Assembly: GCF_965229225.1 (NCBI RefSeq)
Contig: NZ_OZ245867.1
Coordinates: 330,298 to 394,297 of the forward strand
Source: Novosphingobium sp.
GTDB lineage: Bacteria; Pseudomonadota; Alphaproteobacteria; Sphingomonadales; Sphingomonadaceae
Length of the DNA: 64,000 nucleotides
Direction: 5' to 3'
In this document: piece by piece, positions 27,148 through 36,846 of the stretch
Layout of the letters: each line of letters starts with the position of its first letter
Numbering within the stretch: position 1 is the stretch's first letter
The notes under the pieces: model-generated
Databases searched by the model: none
What the model saw: only the letters and a program-made list of their open reading frames with translations
What the model was told of the DNA's origin: nothing
Program-made: the position numbers and the translations under genes

Positions 27148-27615
27148 ATGACCGCGGGACGGCTTGACGGGATTGCCCGGCACAAGGTGTCCCGCGGGCC
27201 GATGGAAACCCTCGAACGCGCCCGCGTGACCCCGGACAGGGGGCTCGAGGGCGATTGCCGGGGGCCGGTGCCGGAAGGCAAGAAGGGCAACCGGCAGATC
27301 ACCGTGATCGAGGCCGAAAGCTGGGCTGCGGCGATACAGGACCTGGGCGGGGCGGATGGCCTCGTCTGGTCTGATCGCCGGGCTAATTTGCTTGTTTCGG
27401 GCGTGCGCCTGCCGCGCGAGGCGGGCAAGATTATCGCGATCGGCAAGGGCCTGCGCATCGAGGTGCGCTGCGAATGTGATCCATGCAGCCGCATGGACGC
27501 ACTGCGCGAAGGCTTGCGCGCGGCACTCACGCCGGACTGGCGCGGCGGGATTTGCGGACGGGTGATCAGCGAAGGCGAAATTGCCTTGGGCGATGAAGTG
27601 AGGATCGAGCAATGA
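27148..27615 (+). CDS. MOSC domain-containing protein
   Basis: 155 aa. GLEGD, QITVIE and the conserved Cys region ([11 protein letters not shown]) fit the MOSC beta-barrel family. Its stop overlaps the pgk start (ATGA). Confidence 0.7.
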   Translation: MTAGRLDGIARHKVSRGPMETLERARVTPDRGLEGDCRGPVPEGKKGNRQITVIEAESWAAAIQDLGGADGLVWSDRRANLLVSGVRLPREAGKIIAIGKGLRIEVRCECDPCSRMDALREGLRAALTPDWRGGICGRVISEGEIALGDEVRIEQ

Positions 27616-28808
27616 GCTTCAAGACGCTGGACGATATCGGTGATGTGCGCGGCAAGGTCGTGCTGGTGCGCGTCGACCTCAACCTCCCCATGCAGGACGG
27701 CGCGGTAACCGATGACACCCGCGTGCAGGCGGCCAAGCCGACGATCCTCGAACTCGCCGACAAGGGCGCCAAGGTGCTGCTGCTGGCGCACTTCGGGCGG
27801 CCCAAGGGCGAGCGCGTCTCGACCCAGTCGCTGAGCATGGTGATCGGTGCGGTGGAGCAAGTCCTTGGCCGCGAGGTGATGTTCGTTTCGGAGATTGCCG
27901 GGCCGGTGGTGCAGCAGGTCGTCGGTATCCTTCCCGAAGGCGGGATCGCCTGCCTTGAGAACACGCGGTTCTGGAAGGGCGAGGAAAAGAACGATCCAGA
28001 ACTCGTCAAAGCGATTGCCGAGCACGCCGACATCTATGTGAACGACGCCTTTTCCGCCGCGCACCGCGCGCATGCGACGACCGAGGGTCTGGCGCATGTG
28101 CTGCCGGCCTATGCGGGCCGTTCGATGCAGGCGGAGCTTGAGGCGCTGGGCAAGGCGCTGGATCATCCCGAGCATCCGGTGGCAGCCGTGGTCGGCGGGG
28201 CCAAGGTTTCCTCCAAGCTCGATGTGCTGAAGCATCTGGTCGGCAAGGTCGATCATCTGATCATCGGCGGCGGCATGGCCAACACGTTCCTCGCCGCGCG
28301 CGGAGTCGATGTGGGCAAGTCGCTGTGCGAGCACGATCTGGCCGCTACGGCCGAGGCGATCCTTGATGCGGCGGATGCTTCGGGCTGCACGGTGCATCTG
28401 CCGTATGACGTGGTGGTCTCGGAGGAATTCGCGGCCAATCCGCCGAGCTTGCGCACCTGCAATGTGCACGAAGTGGCGGCGGACGAGATGATCCTCGATG
28501 TTGGCCCGGCAGCGACCGAGGCGCTGGCCGACGTGCTCAAAGTTTGCAAAACGCTGGTGTGGAACGGGCCGCTCGGCGCGTTCGAGACGCCGCCTTTCGA
28601 CACCGCGACCGTTGCGCTCGCGCGCACGGCGGCAGCGCTGACCCGCGAGGGCTCGCTCGTTTCGGTGGCAGGCGGCGGCGATACCGTAGCGGCGCTGAGC
28701 CATGCCGGGGTGGCGGGCGACTTTACCTACGTTTCGACCGCGGGCGGCGCCTTCCTGGAATGGATGGAAGGCCGCGTGCTGCCGGGCGTGGCAGCGCTCG
28801 AAGCGTAA
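27612..28808 (+). CDS. pgk: Phosphoglycerate kinase
   Basis: [23 protein letters not shown] and [10 protein letters not shown]; 398 aa. Confidence 0.95.
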   Translation: MSFKTLDDIGDVRGKVVLVRVDLNLPMQDGAVTDDTRVQAAKPTILELADKGAKVLLLAHFGRPKGERVSTQSLSMVIGAVEQVLGREVMFVSEIAGPVVQQVVGILPEGGIACLENTRFWKGEEKNDPELVKAIAEHADIYVNDAFSAAHRAHATTEGLAHVLPAYAGRSMQAELEALGKALDHPEHPVAAVVGGAKVSSKLDVLKHLVGKVDHLIIGGGMANTFLAARGVDVGKSLCEHDLAATAEAILDAADASGCTVHLPYDVVVSEEFAANPPSLRTCNVHEVAADEMILDVGPAATEALADVLKVCKTLVWNGPLGAFETPPFDTATVALARTAAALTREGSLVSVAGGGDTVAALSHAGVAGDFTYVSTAGGAFLEWMEGRVLPGVAALEA

Positions 28809-28911
28809 CCCAACCGAATAAAACGCAATGGTGCCGCGCTGCGATATTGCAGTGCGGCAGAAACCGCATTATGGGCCGCGCATACGAATGCGCGCACCAG
28901 AGGGGCACACC

Positions 28912-29808
28912 ATGAACTTTGCCGATATGAAGTCCAAGATCGCTGCGGGACAGGGCTTTATCGCGGCATTGGACCAGAGCGGCGGGTCCACGCCCAAGGC
29001 GCTGGCGGGCTACGGCATCGAAGCCGGTGCGTGGAACACGGATGAGGAAATGTTCGGCCTGATCCACGCAATGCGCGCGCGGATCATCCGGTCTGCCGCG
29101 TTCACGGGCGAGAAGGTGATCGGCGCGATCCTGTTCGAACGCACGATGGACGGCGACGTTGACGGGACGCCGGTTCCCGAGGCGCTGATCGCCAAGGGCG
29201 TGGTGCCGTTCATCAAGATCGACAAGGGTCTCGAAGACGAGGCCAACGGCGTGCAACTGATGAAGCCGATGCCGACACTGGACGCCCTGCTGGAGCGTTC
29301 GAAGGCGCTTGGCGTGTTCGGCACCAAAGAACGCTCGGTGATCAATTCGGCAAACCGCGAAGGCATCGCCGCCGTGGTCGCGCAGCAGTTCGAGATTGGC
29401 CGGCAGGTGCTCAGCCACGGCATGATGCCGATCATCGAACCCGAAGTGAACATCAAGAGCGAGACGCGCGCCGAGTGCGACACGATCCTCCTTGAAGAGA
29501 CGCTGACGGCGCTTGACGGCCTGGCCGAGGGCGAGGAAGTGATGCTCAAGCTCTCGCTGCCGGTGGTGCCGGGCACGTTCGATCCGCTGGTGGCTCATCC
29601 GCGCGTGCTGCGTGTCGTTGCGCTGTCGGGCGGCTTCAAGCGGCCGGAAGCCTGCGTCGAGCTCGCCAAGAACAATGGCATCATTGCCAGCTTCAGCCGT
29701 GCGCTGCTGGAAGACCTGCGCGCGCAGATGAGCGACGCCGAGTTCGATGCCTCGCTCGGCGCGGCGATCGACGAGATTCATCGCGGATCGACTTTGAAGA
29801 CTGCCTGA
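28912..29808 (+). CDS. fba: Fructose-bisphosphate aldolase, class I
   Basis: 298 aa from the ATG at 28912 (MNFADMKSKIAAGQGFIAALDQSGGSTPKAL...FIKIDKGL...), which resembles bacterial class I FBA. The track ORF starts 84 nt further upstream. Confidence 0.85.
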   Translation: MNFADMKSKIAAGQGFIAALDQSGGSTPKALAGYGIEAGAWNTDEEMFGLIHAMRARIIRSAAFTGEKVIGAILFERTMDGDVDGTPVPEALIAKGVVPFIKIDKGLEDEANGVQLMKPMPTLDALLERSKALGVFGTKERSVINSANREGIAAVVAQQFEIGRQVLSHGMMPIIEPEVNIKSETRAECDTILLEETLTALDGLAEGEEVMLKLSLPVVPGTFDPLVAHPRVLRVVALSGGFKRPEACVELAKNNGIIASFSRALLEDLRAQMSDAEFDASLGAAIDEIHRGSTLKTA

Positions 29809-29855
29809 GCGAGCGGCGGTTTGCTCTGATGCGTGTGGGCCGCTAGGAGCAGGCA

Positions 29856-30485
29856 ATGTCTGATCCTGCCTGCCAACTATACCTGATCTCGCCGCTCGAT
29901 GTGGGCGGCACGTTTCCGGACCGGCTTGCCCGTGCACTCGATGCGGGGCCGGTCGCGGCGTTCCAGTTTCGCGTGAAGGACGTGGCCGAGCATGATGCGG
30001 CGCGGTTGGCGGAGCCGTTGCAGCGCATTTGTGCCGACTGCGAGGTGGCGTTTATCGTCAACGACTCGATCAGCTTTGCGAAGCGGCTCGGCGCGGATGG
30101 CGTCCATCTCGGGCAGGATGACGGCAGCGTGGCGGACGCGCGCGCGCGGCTTGGCAAGGCGGCGCAGATTGGCGTGACCTGCCATGCGAGCCGGCACCTG
30201 GCGATGGAAGCAGGCGAGGCGGGGGCGGACTATGTCGCCTTCGGGGCGTTTTTCCCGAGCGCGACCAAAGACACCAAGCACGTGGCCGAGCCCGACTTGC
30301 TGCAATGGTGGTCTCGGCTGTTCGAGCTGCCCTGCGTGGCGATCGGCGGGATCACGGCAGCCAATTGCGGGCCGCTGGTTGCGGCGGGCGCGGACTTCCT
30401 TGCGGTGAGCCATGCCGTTTGGGGCGGGGACGAGGCTATGGGCGTGCGCGCCTTGAACGAAGCGATCGCGAAGGCGGCGGGCTGA
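29856..30485 (+). CDS. thiE: Thiamine-phosphate synthase
   Basis: 209 aa with QFRVKD, GADGVHLGQDD and AIGGI motifs. Confidence 0.85.
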   Translation: MSDPACQLYLISPLDVGGTFPDRLARALDAGPVAAFQFRVKDVAEHDAARLAEPLQRICADCEVAFIVNDSISFAKRLGADGVHLGQDDGSVADARARLGKAAQIGVTCHASRHLAMEAGEAGADYVAFGAFFPSATKDTKHVAEPDLLQWWSRLFELPCVAIGGITAANCGPLVAAGADFLAVSHAVWGGDEAMGVRALNEAIAKAAG

Positions 30486-30490
30486 AAGGT

Positions 30491-30892
30491 CTACTCCGTC
30501 GGCGCGCCTTCGCCCGCGCTGTATTCATCGCGCACCGCACCGGCGCGGACGCAGCGCAGCCCCTCGCGCTTGCCATCGGGGCCAAGCTTGAGGAGCGAAA
30601 GGCCGACCTTGTCGAACCGGCGACCCGCGAATGGGCCAGATGTCATCGTGAACTTGGTGCCGAGCAGCAGGTAAGTGCCGCGCACCCCGCCGACCACGTA
30701 GCTGGAATCGGGCACGATGCTGAAGTTGTTTTCCGGCTGCGGGAGGGGCGGCGTCGTGGCGTCCCCCGGCAGCTCGCAGGTCCAGCGGCCTAGCGCTACT
30801 GTCAACATCGTGCCGCCTGGCGCGGCCCTCGCTGGCGCGGCGGCGAGGAGGCCCAAAGCGGAAAGAACAGCAATTGTGGCGACGCGGATCAT
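30491..30892 (-). CDS. Hypothetical secreted protein
   Basis: Only the last 133 aa of track ORF 30491..31510 look real. They begin with the signal peptide MIRVATIAVLSALGLLAAAPARA. The remainder of that ORF is antisense to efp. Confidence 0.45.
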   Translation of the reverse strand: MIRVATIAVLSALGLLAAAPARAAPGGTMLTVALGRWTCELPGDATTPPLPQPENNFSIVPDSSYVVGGVRGTYLLLGTKFTMTSGPFAGRRFDKVGLSLLKLGPDGKREGLRCVRAGAVRDEYSAGEGAPTE

Positions 30893-31012
30893 GCTTGCGG
30901 GGCTAGCATGCGACGGCGGCTTGAAGCAATCGCCGCTTGGCGCTAAGGGCCGCGCTCCCGCACCCTTCTGGCGTGCATCCCAATTCCTCCATTCACTGGG
31001 GCTCTTTCCATC

Positions 31013-31576
31013 ATGAAGATCAGCGGCGTGGACATCCGTCCGGGCAATATCCTGGAATACGAAAAGGGCATCTGGAAAGTTGCCAAGACCCAGCATACCC
31101 AGCCCGGCAAGGGCGGCGCGTTCATGCAGGTCGAGATGAAGAACCTGATCGATGGCCGCAAGACCAACGTCCGCTTCCGCAGCGCCGACACGGTCGAGCG
31201 CGTGCGCCTTGATACGAAGGACTTCCAGTTCCTCTACAAGGAAGGCGACGACCTGATCTTTATGGACGTGGAAACCTACGACCAGATCACGCTGCCGGCC
31301 GACCTTCTCGGCGAAGCTGTTGCGTTCCTCCAGGACGGCATGACCGTTCTCCTCGAAATGTGGGAAGAGCGCCCGATTTCGGTGCAGCTGCCCGAGCAGG
31401 TCGAGGCGACCATCGTCGAAGCCGACGCCGTGGTGAAGGGGCAGACCGCTTCGTCCAGCTTCAAGCCCGCGATCCTCGACAACGGCGTGCGCGTGATGGT
31501 GCCGCCGCATATTGCGAGCGGGACGCGCATTGTCGTCGACGTCTACGAGCGTTCGTACGTCAGCAAGGTGGGCTGA
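31013..31576 (+). CDS. efp: Elongation factor P
   Basis: 187 aa with [16 protein letters not shown]...[15 protein letters not shown] and the three-domain EF-P pattern. Confidence 0.95.
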   Translation: MKISGVDIRPGNILEYEKGIWKVAKTQHTQPGKGGAFMQVEMKNLIDGRKTNVRFRSADTVERVRLDTKDFQFLYKEGDDLIFMDVETYDQITLPADLLGEAVAFLQDGMTVLLEMWEERPISVQLPEQVEATIVEADAVVKGQTASSSFKPAILDNGVRVMVPPHIASGTRIVVDVYERSYVSKVG

Positions 31577-31582
31577 GCGATC

Positions 31583-32407
31583 ATGTCAGCAATTTCCGGC
31601 CTGATGCGGGTGATGGAGAAGGCGGCCCGCAAGGCTGGCCAGCGGCTGCGCCGTGATTTCGGCGAGGTCGAGCATCTCCAGGTGAGCCGCAAGGGGCCGG
31701 CGGACTTCGTTTCGAAGGCCGATCAGGCCGCCGAGCGCACGCTGTGGGACGAGCTGCGCGCGGCGCGGCCCGGTTGGGGCTTCGTGCTCGAGGAAGGCGG
31801 CACGATCGAGGGGGAGCCGGGCAAGCCGCGCTTCATCATCGATCCGCTCGACGGCACCAGCAACTTCCTCCACGGCATTCCGCACTTCGCGATCTCGATC
31901 GCGGTGCAGGAGCCGACGCTGGATGGCAAGGGCTGGGGCGAAGTGACCGCGGGGATCGTCTATCAGCCGATCACCGACGAGAGTTTCTGGGCCGAGAAAG
32001 CCCGCGGTGCATGGCTGCAAGACCGCCGCCTGCGCGTTTCGGCGCGGCGCTATCTTGACGAAGCCCTGATCGCGACCGGCATTCCGTTCGCCGGGCGCGG
32101 CGATATGGGCGAGTGGACGCGAATCTATCACGAGCTGGGGCCGCGCGTGGCGGGAATCCGGCGCCATGGTTCGGCAGCGCTTGACCTTGCGTGGGTCGCT
32201 GCGGGCCGGTTCGACGGGTTCTGGGAGAGTTCGCTGCAGCCGTGGGACACGGCGGCGGGCTGCCTGCTGGTGCGCGAGGCGGGCGGGTTCGTTTCGGACT
32301 ACCGCGGGCGTTCGCAGCCGATTTGCGACGAGACCGTGCTGGCCGGCAACGATGCGTTGCATTCGAAGCTGCACAAGCTGGTGGTGGGGGCGATCAAGAC
32401 GGCTTGA
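31583..32407 (+). CDS. suhB: Inositol monophosphatase family protein (SuhB-like)
   Basis: LEEGG, IDPLDGTSNFLHG and WDTAAG motifs. Confidence 0.85.
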   Translation: MSAISGLMRVMEKAARKAGQRLRRDFGEVEHLQVSRKGPADFVSKADQAAERTLWDELRAARPGWGFVLEEGGTIEGEPGKPRFIIDPLDGTSNFLHGIPHFAISIAVQEPTLDGKGWGEVTAGIVYQPITDESFWAEKARGAWLQDRRLRVSARRYLDEALIATGIPFAGRGDMGEWTRIYHELGPRVAGIRRHGSAALDLAWVAAGRFDGFWESSLQPWDTAAGCLLVREAGGFVSDYRGRSQPICDETVLAGNDALHSKLHKLVVGAIKTA

Positions 32408-32442
32408 TGCCCCAGGCGGGGGCGGTTAAACCCCCGCGAAGT

Positions 32443-32526
32443 GCCCCTGTGGTGGAATGGTAGACGCGACCGACTCAAAATCGGTTATCGAGAGATGTGC
32501 CAGTTCGAGTCTGGCCAGGGGCACCA
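32443..32526 (+). tRNA. tRNA-Leu (anticodon CAA)
   Basis: GCCCCTG TGGTGGAATGGTAGACGCG ACCGA CTCAAAA TCGGT + long variable arm + GTTCGAGTC...CAGGGGC ACCA. Confidence 0.9.
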
Positions 32527-32591
32527 TTTTCGAGTGAACTGAGAGCAAGGCAGGACTTGCGTTCTCGCTATGTTCGCATTAGGCCTTTGCC

Positions 32592-33959
32592 ATGGCCAAG
32601 CCCAAACGCCGATATGTCTGCCAGGCTTGCGGCGGGGTTTCGCCCCGCTGGCAGGGGCAGTGCCCCGATTGCGGGGAATGGAGCACCTTGCAGGAAGATG
32701 CGCCGGAGACGGTGTTTTCGTCCAAGCATGATTTGTCGAGCGGCGGACGGCCGGTCGCATTCGTGGCGCTAGATCAGCCGGTGAAGCTGCCAGAGCGGCG
32801 CAAGACGGGGCTGGCCGAGTTCGATCGGGCGCTGGGCGGGGGCCTTGTACCGGGCTCCGCGATCCTGATGGGCGGCGATCCGGGGATCGGCAAATCGACA
32901 CTGCTGCTGCAGGCGGCGGCGCGGGTCGCGGCGGCAGGCGGCGATGCGGTTTATATCAGCGGCGAGGAAGCGGCCGATCAGGTGCGGCTGCGGGCTGACC
33001 GACTGGGCCTTGGCGGCGCGCCAATCCGGCTCGCGGCGGCGACTTCGGTGCGCGATATCCTCACCACGCTGAACTCGATGGATCCGCCCGCGCTGGTGGT
33101 GATCGATTCGATCCAGACGATGTATTCCGACCAGATCGAAGGCGCGCCGGGGACGGTGAGCCAGGTGCGCGGCTGCGCGTTCGAACTGATCCGCTATGCC
33201 AAGGCGAGCGGGGCAGCGCTGGTGCTGGTGGGGCATGTGACCAAGGACGGCACGATCGCGGGGCCGCGCGTGCTGGAGCACATGGTCGACGTGGTGATGA
33301 GCTTCGAGGGCGAACGCAGCCACCAATACCGCATCCTGCGCGCGCTCAAGAATCGCTTCGGCGCGGTGGACGAGATCGGTGTGTTCGCGATGCAGGGGGC
33401 GGGGCTCGAGGAAGTGGGCAACCCGTCGCTGCTGTTCCTTTCGGGGCGGGAGAGCCCGGTGCCGGGGAGCGCCGTGTTTCCGGCGCTGGAAGGGACTCGG
33501 CCCGTGTTGGTCGAGATTCAGGCGCTGACGGTGCGGCTGCAAAGCGGCGCAACCCCGCGCCGTGCGGTTGTGGGCTGGGACAGTGGCCGGCTTGCGATGC
33601 TGTTGGCGGTGCTGGAGGCGCGCTGCGGGCTTAATTTCTCGAGCGCGGAAGTCTACCTCAACGTGGCTGGAGGATACCGGCTGACCGATCCGGCGGCGGA
33701 TCTGGCAGTGGCGGCGGCGCTGATTTCGGCGCTTTCGGACAGGCCACTTTCCGGTGCGTCGGCGTGGTTCGGGGAGATTTCGCTCGCCGGCGAAGTGCGG
33801 CCAGTGGCGCATTCCTCGATCCGGCTGCGCGAGGCAGCGAAGCTGGGGTTCGACAAGGCGCATGGTCCGGCGGGCACGCAGGAGAAGGTGCCGGGGATCG
33901 CCTATGCCCCGATAACACTTCTGCCGAACCTGGTTGACCGCGTGATGGGCGGCTCGTAG
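32592..33959 (+). CDS. radA: DNA repair protein RadA
   Basis: N-terminal zinc finger (CQACG...CPDCGEW), Walker A (GDPGIGKSTLLLQ), KNRFG and a Lon-like C-terminal domain. Confidence 0.95.
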   Translation: MAKPKRRYVCQACGGVSPRWQGQCPDCGEWSTLQEDAPETVFSSKHDLSSGGRPVAFVALDQPVKLPERRKTGLAEFDRALGGGLVPGSAILMGGDPGIGKSTLLLQAAARVAAAGGDAVYISGEEAADQVRLRADRLGLGGAPIRLAAATSVRDILTTLNSMDPPALVVIDSIQTMYSDQIEGAPGTVSQVRGCAFELIRYAKASGAALVLVGHVTKDGTIAGPRVLEHMVDVVMSFEGERSHQYRILRALKNRFGAVDEIGVFAMQGAGLEEVGNPSLLFLSGRESPVPGSAVFPALEGTRPVLVEIQALTVRLQSGATPRRAVVGWDSGRLAMLLAVLEARCGLNFSSAEVYLNVAGGYRLTDPAADLAVAAALISALSDRPLSGASAWFGEISLAGEVRPVAHSSIRLREAAKLGFDKAHGPAGTQEKVPGIAYAPITLLPNLVDRVMGGS

Positions 33960-33971
33960 ATTTCGCATACG

Positions 33972-34595
33972 ATGACCGGCTTCGATTATGTAGTTTTCCT
34001 GATCGTTGCGGTCTGCGCGATCGGCGGGTTCTTTCGCGGCTTTGTCGAGGAAGTCCTGTCCCTGCTCGCGTGGTGCGTGGGGCTCTTCGCCATTCGCTAT
34101 GGCCACGAACCGTTGACGCACCTGCTTGCGCCGCACCTCAAGAACGAGACTGGCGCGGGCGTGCTCGCTTTTGCAATCCTGACCATCGTGCCCTTCTTTG
34201 CCGCGAAGATGATCGCCTCCTCGGTGGGCAGCGCGAGCCGCAGTTCTGTGCTGGGGCCGATTGACCGGGTGCTCGGCTTCGGGTTCGGGGCGATCAAGGG
34301 CTTTGTGATCATGGTCCTGGGCTTTTCGCTGCTCATCTTCGGTTATGACATCGTGTGGGGTCCGGACGGGCGGCCGACATGGATTACCGCCGCGCGGACC
34401 TATCCGTTCCTCAATGCCGCGAGCGAGGAACTGATGACGATCATCGACGATCGCCGCACGGAAGCCGCCGAGGCGGCGAAGAAGGCGGAAGCCGACAAGG
34501 ACAGCGAGCTTGAGAAGGCGACGCGGGACGCGGCAAGGAAAGCGGCGCGGCGGGAATTGCAGCGGCGCATCAGCAAGGCGGCAAACGGCGAATGA
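33972..34595 (+). CDS. cvpA: CvpA family membrane protein
   Basis: 207 aa. The N-terminal TM helices (DYVVFLIVAVCAIGGFFRGFV) fit CvpA, followed by a charged C-terminal tail. Confidence 0.8.
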   Translation: MTGFDYVVFLIVAVCAIGGFFRGFVEEVLSLLAWCVGLFAIRYGHEPLTHLLAPHLKNETGAGVLAFAILTIVPFFAAKMIASSVGSASRSSVLGPIDRVLGFGFGAIKGFVIMVLGFSLLIFGYDIVWGPDGRPTWITAARTYPFLNAASEELMTIIDDRRTEAAEAAKKAEADKDSELEKATRDAARKAARRELQRRISKAANGE

Positions 34596-35023
34596 ACGCG
34601 CCCGGAAAGGCGCCGGCGCGCACGCTCTACACGCCGGAAATCCTTGGTGCGGCGACTGCGCTCGCCGGATTCGCGTGGGATGAGAGCCTGCCGCTGAGGG
34701 GCGAGGCGCGCTCGCGGCGATGCGGGAGCACGCTGGCGCTCGGGCTGGCGGTGGATGCCGAAGGGCGGATCAGCGCGCTGGGTCTGCGTCCGCACGCCTG
34801 TGCCATAGGTCAGGCAGCGGCCTTTGCCTTTGCGAGCGCCGCAAAGGGTCGCAGCCGGGAGCAGATTGCCGAGGCGCGCCGCGCGCTGGCGGATTGGCTG
34901 GCCGGGACTGGCGATAGGCCGGACTGGCCGGGAATCGCTTTGGTCGAGCCTGCGCTGGGGTATCCCGCGCGGCACGGCGCGATCATGCTCGCCTGGGATG
35001 CGGCGTTGGCGGCGCTGGAGTGA
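34592..35023 (+). CDS. NifU/IscU-N-like Fe-S scaffold-related protein (tentative)
   Basis: 143 aa. LYTPEILGAA, RRCGSTL and HACAIGQAAA resemble the divergent iron-sulfur scaffold-like family. Its start overlaps the cvpA stop (ATGA). Confidence 0.5.
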   Translation: MNAPGKAPARTLYTPEILGAATALAGFAWDESLPLRGEARSRRCGSTLALGLAVDAEGRISALGLRPHACAIGQAAAFAFASAAKGRSREQIAEARRALADWLAGTGDRPDWPGIALVEPALGYPARHGAIMLAWDAALAALE

Positions 35024-35053
35024 GGTGGGTCGCCGTTCCCCGCGCTTGCCGTT

Positions 35054-35095
35054 CTGGATTGCTTCGCCGAAGTGATCCTCGCAATCACGAAACGG
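35054..35095. repeat. Copy of the dispersed CTGGATT...AATCACGAA REP-like motif
   Basis: The sequence ctggattgcttcgccgaagtgatcctcgcaatcacgaaacgg has the same head and tail as the copies at 7073, 14430 and 26064. Confidence 0.45.
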
Positions 35096-35214
35096 AACGG
35101 CGGGATTTCTTTGTATTGGTGTACTTTCCCAGCGGCCCTGGCTTCGCTACAGCCCGCGTTTCAGGGTGAAGTGCCGGACGGTCTCAAGGTTGCCGGCAAG
35201 GGGATGGGAAACAC

Positions 35215-36846
35215 TTGGGCATGCATGAGGTGAATGGCGCACCCGAACCGACTGCCGCGGAAATCCGCCTGGTGGTTGCGGCCTCGTCGGTCGGCACTGT
35301 GTTCGAGTGGTACGACTTCTTCATCTACGGCACGCTGGGTGCAATCCTCTCCAAGGCCTTCTTCCCCACCGGCAACGCCACGTTGGAAATGCTGCTGTTC
35401 TGGCTCGTCTTCGCGGTGGGCTTCGGGTTTCGTCCGCTGGGCGCGGTTCTGTTCGGATATCTGGGCGACAAGTTGGGCCGCAAGTACACGTTCCTCGTCA
35501 CCGTCACCTTGATGGGCATTGCCACGGCGGGGGTCGGGCTGATCCCGCCCGCGTCCTCGATCGGCTACGCAGCACCGGCGCTGGTCATTCTGCTTCGTAT
35601 TCTGCAAGGGCTGGCGCTCGGCGGCGAATATGGCGGCGCGGCGGTCTATGTCGCGGAGCATTCGAGCCCGGCGCGGCGTGGGTTCTTTACCAGCTTCATT
35701 CAGTCGAGCGTGGTGGGCGGCTTCGTGCTCAGCCTTGCGGTGGTGCTGGTGTGCAAAGGCGTGATGAGCAAGGAAATCTGGGAGGCTTGGGGCTGGCGCG
35801 TGCCGTTCCTGCTGAGCCTTGCGCTGCTGGCAGTTTCGCTGTGGATGCGGCTGAAGCTTTCGGAAAGCCCGGTGTTCAAGGCGATGAAGGACAGCGGCGA
35901 GATCGCCGGCAATCCGTTCATCGAGAGCATGACCTATCCCGGCAACGCCAAGCGCCTGTTCGTGGCGCTGTTCGGCGTGGCGGCGGGGCTGACGGTGATT
36001 TTCTACACCGCGATGTTTACGGGCCTGTCGTTCCTCAAGGGGCCGATGCGGGTCGACGATATGACCGCCGAACTGATCGTTGGCCTAGCCTGCGTGATCG
36101 GCATGCCGTTCAGCGTATTGTTCGGCTACATTTCGGACAAGGTGGGGCGCAAGCTGCCGATCGTGCTGGGTTACCTCGCGATGCTGGCGCTGGTGTTTCC
36201 GGTGTTCTGGATGATCGGCGCGGCAGCCAATCCCGGCCTTGCCGACATGGCGCGGCGCCAGCCGGTGGCGGTGAGCGGCCCCGATTGCGGCTACAATCCC
36301 TTCGCGGCCGAGCAGGCGACCAATTGCGGCAAGCTGCTGGCAGACCTGTCCGCCTCGGGCGTGCGCTACACGCTGAGCGAAACGGGCGCGCTGGCCATGA
36401 CTATCGGCGCGAAGCCCGCTGCGCTCGAAGACTATCCCTGGGCCGAGAAGAGCGCCGCGCGCGGCAAGGTGCTGCAGGCCATGCTGGGCCAAGCGGGCTA
36501 TGACTTTGCCAAGGTGAAGCCGGACTTTGGCCGCAGCGCGGTCATCGTGCTGGGCCTTGTCGTGCTGATGGCGCTGACCGGGGCGACCTATGGCCCGGCG
36601 GCTTCGGTGCTGGCGGAGATGTTCCCCGCGCGCATCCGCTACAGCTCGATGTCGATCCCCTACCACATCGGCACGGGCTATCTCGGCGGGTTCCTGCCGC
36701 TGATCTCGGCGCTGATCGTGGCCAAGACCGGCGATCCCTATGCTGGGCTATGGTACACCTGGGTCGTGGTGCTGGTGGCGTTCGTGGTCGGGATCTGGGG
36801 CCTGAAGGGCGGTCCGCCGAAGGACTTTGCCCACGATGATGCCTGA
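35215..36846 (+). CDS. MFS transporter, metabolite:H+ symporter (MHS) type
   Basis: 543 aa and 12 TM. FEWYDFFIYG, GRKYTFL and LQGLALGGEYGGA are typical of ProP/KgtP-like MHS transporters. TTG at 35215, ATG at 35221. Confidence 0.85.
   Translation: MGMHEVNGAPEPTAAEIRLVVAASSVGTVFEWYDFFIYGTLGAILSKAFFPTGNATLEMLLFWLVFAVGFGFRPLGAVLFGYLGDKLGRKYTFLVTVTLMGIATAGVGLIPPASSIGYAAPALVILLRILQGLALGGEYGGAAVYVAEHSSPARRGFFTSFIQSSVVGGFVLSLAVVLVCKGVMSKEIWEAWGWRVPFLLSLALLAVSLWMRLKLSESPVFKAMKDSGEIAGNPFIESMTYPGNAKRLFVALFGVAAGLTVIFYTAMFTGLSFLKGPMRVDDMTAELIVGLACVIGMPFSVLFGYISDKVGRKLPIVLGYLAMLALVFPVFWMIGAAANPGLADMARRQPVAVSGPDCGYNPFAAEQATNCGKLLADLSASGVRYTLSETGALAMTIGAKPAALEDYPWAEKSAARGKVLQAMLGQAGYDFAKVKPDFGRSAVIVLGLVVLMALTGATYGPAASVLAEMFPARIRYSSMSIPYHIGTGYLGGFLPLISALIVAKTGDPYAGLWYTWVVVLVAFVVGIWGLKGGPPKDFAHDDA

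Noticed and set aside
26133-28703. 856-aa ORF on the - strand.
   Set aside because: It is antisense to gap, MOSC and pgk, all of which have unmistakable family motifs. The shadow translation is Arg/His/Ala-rich with no domain.
28833-28893. Two hairpins in the pgk-fba spacer (gccgcgctgc-gatatt-gcagtgcggc and gcgcat-acga-atgcgc); considered as a riboswitch or attenuator.
   Set aside because: They are too short and simple, and I recognise no conserved riboswitch core. They are more likely an intercistronic stabiliser or weak terminator. Not enough evidence to call.
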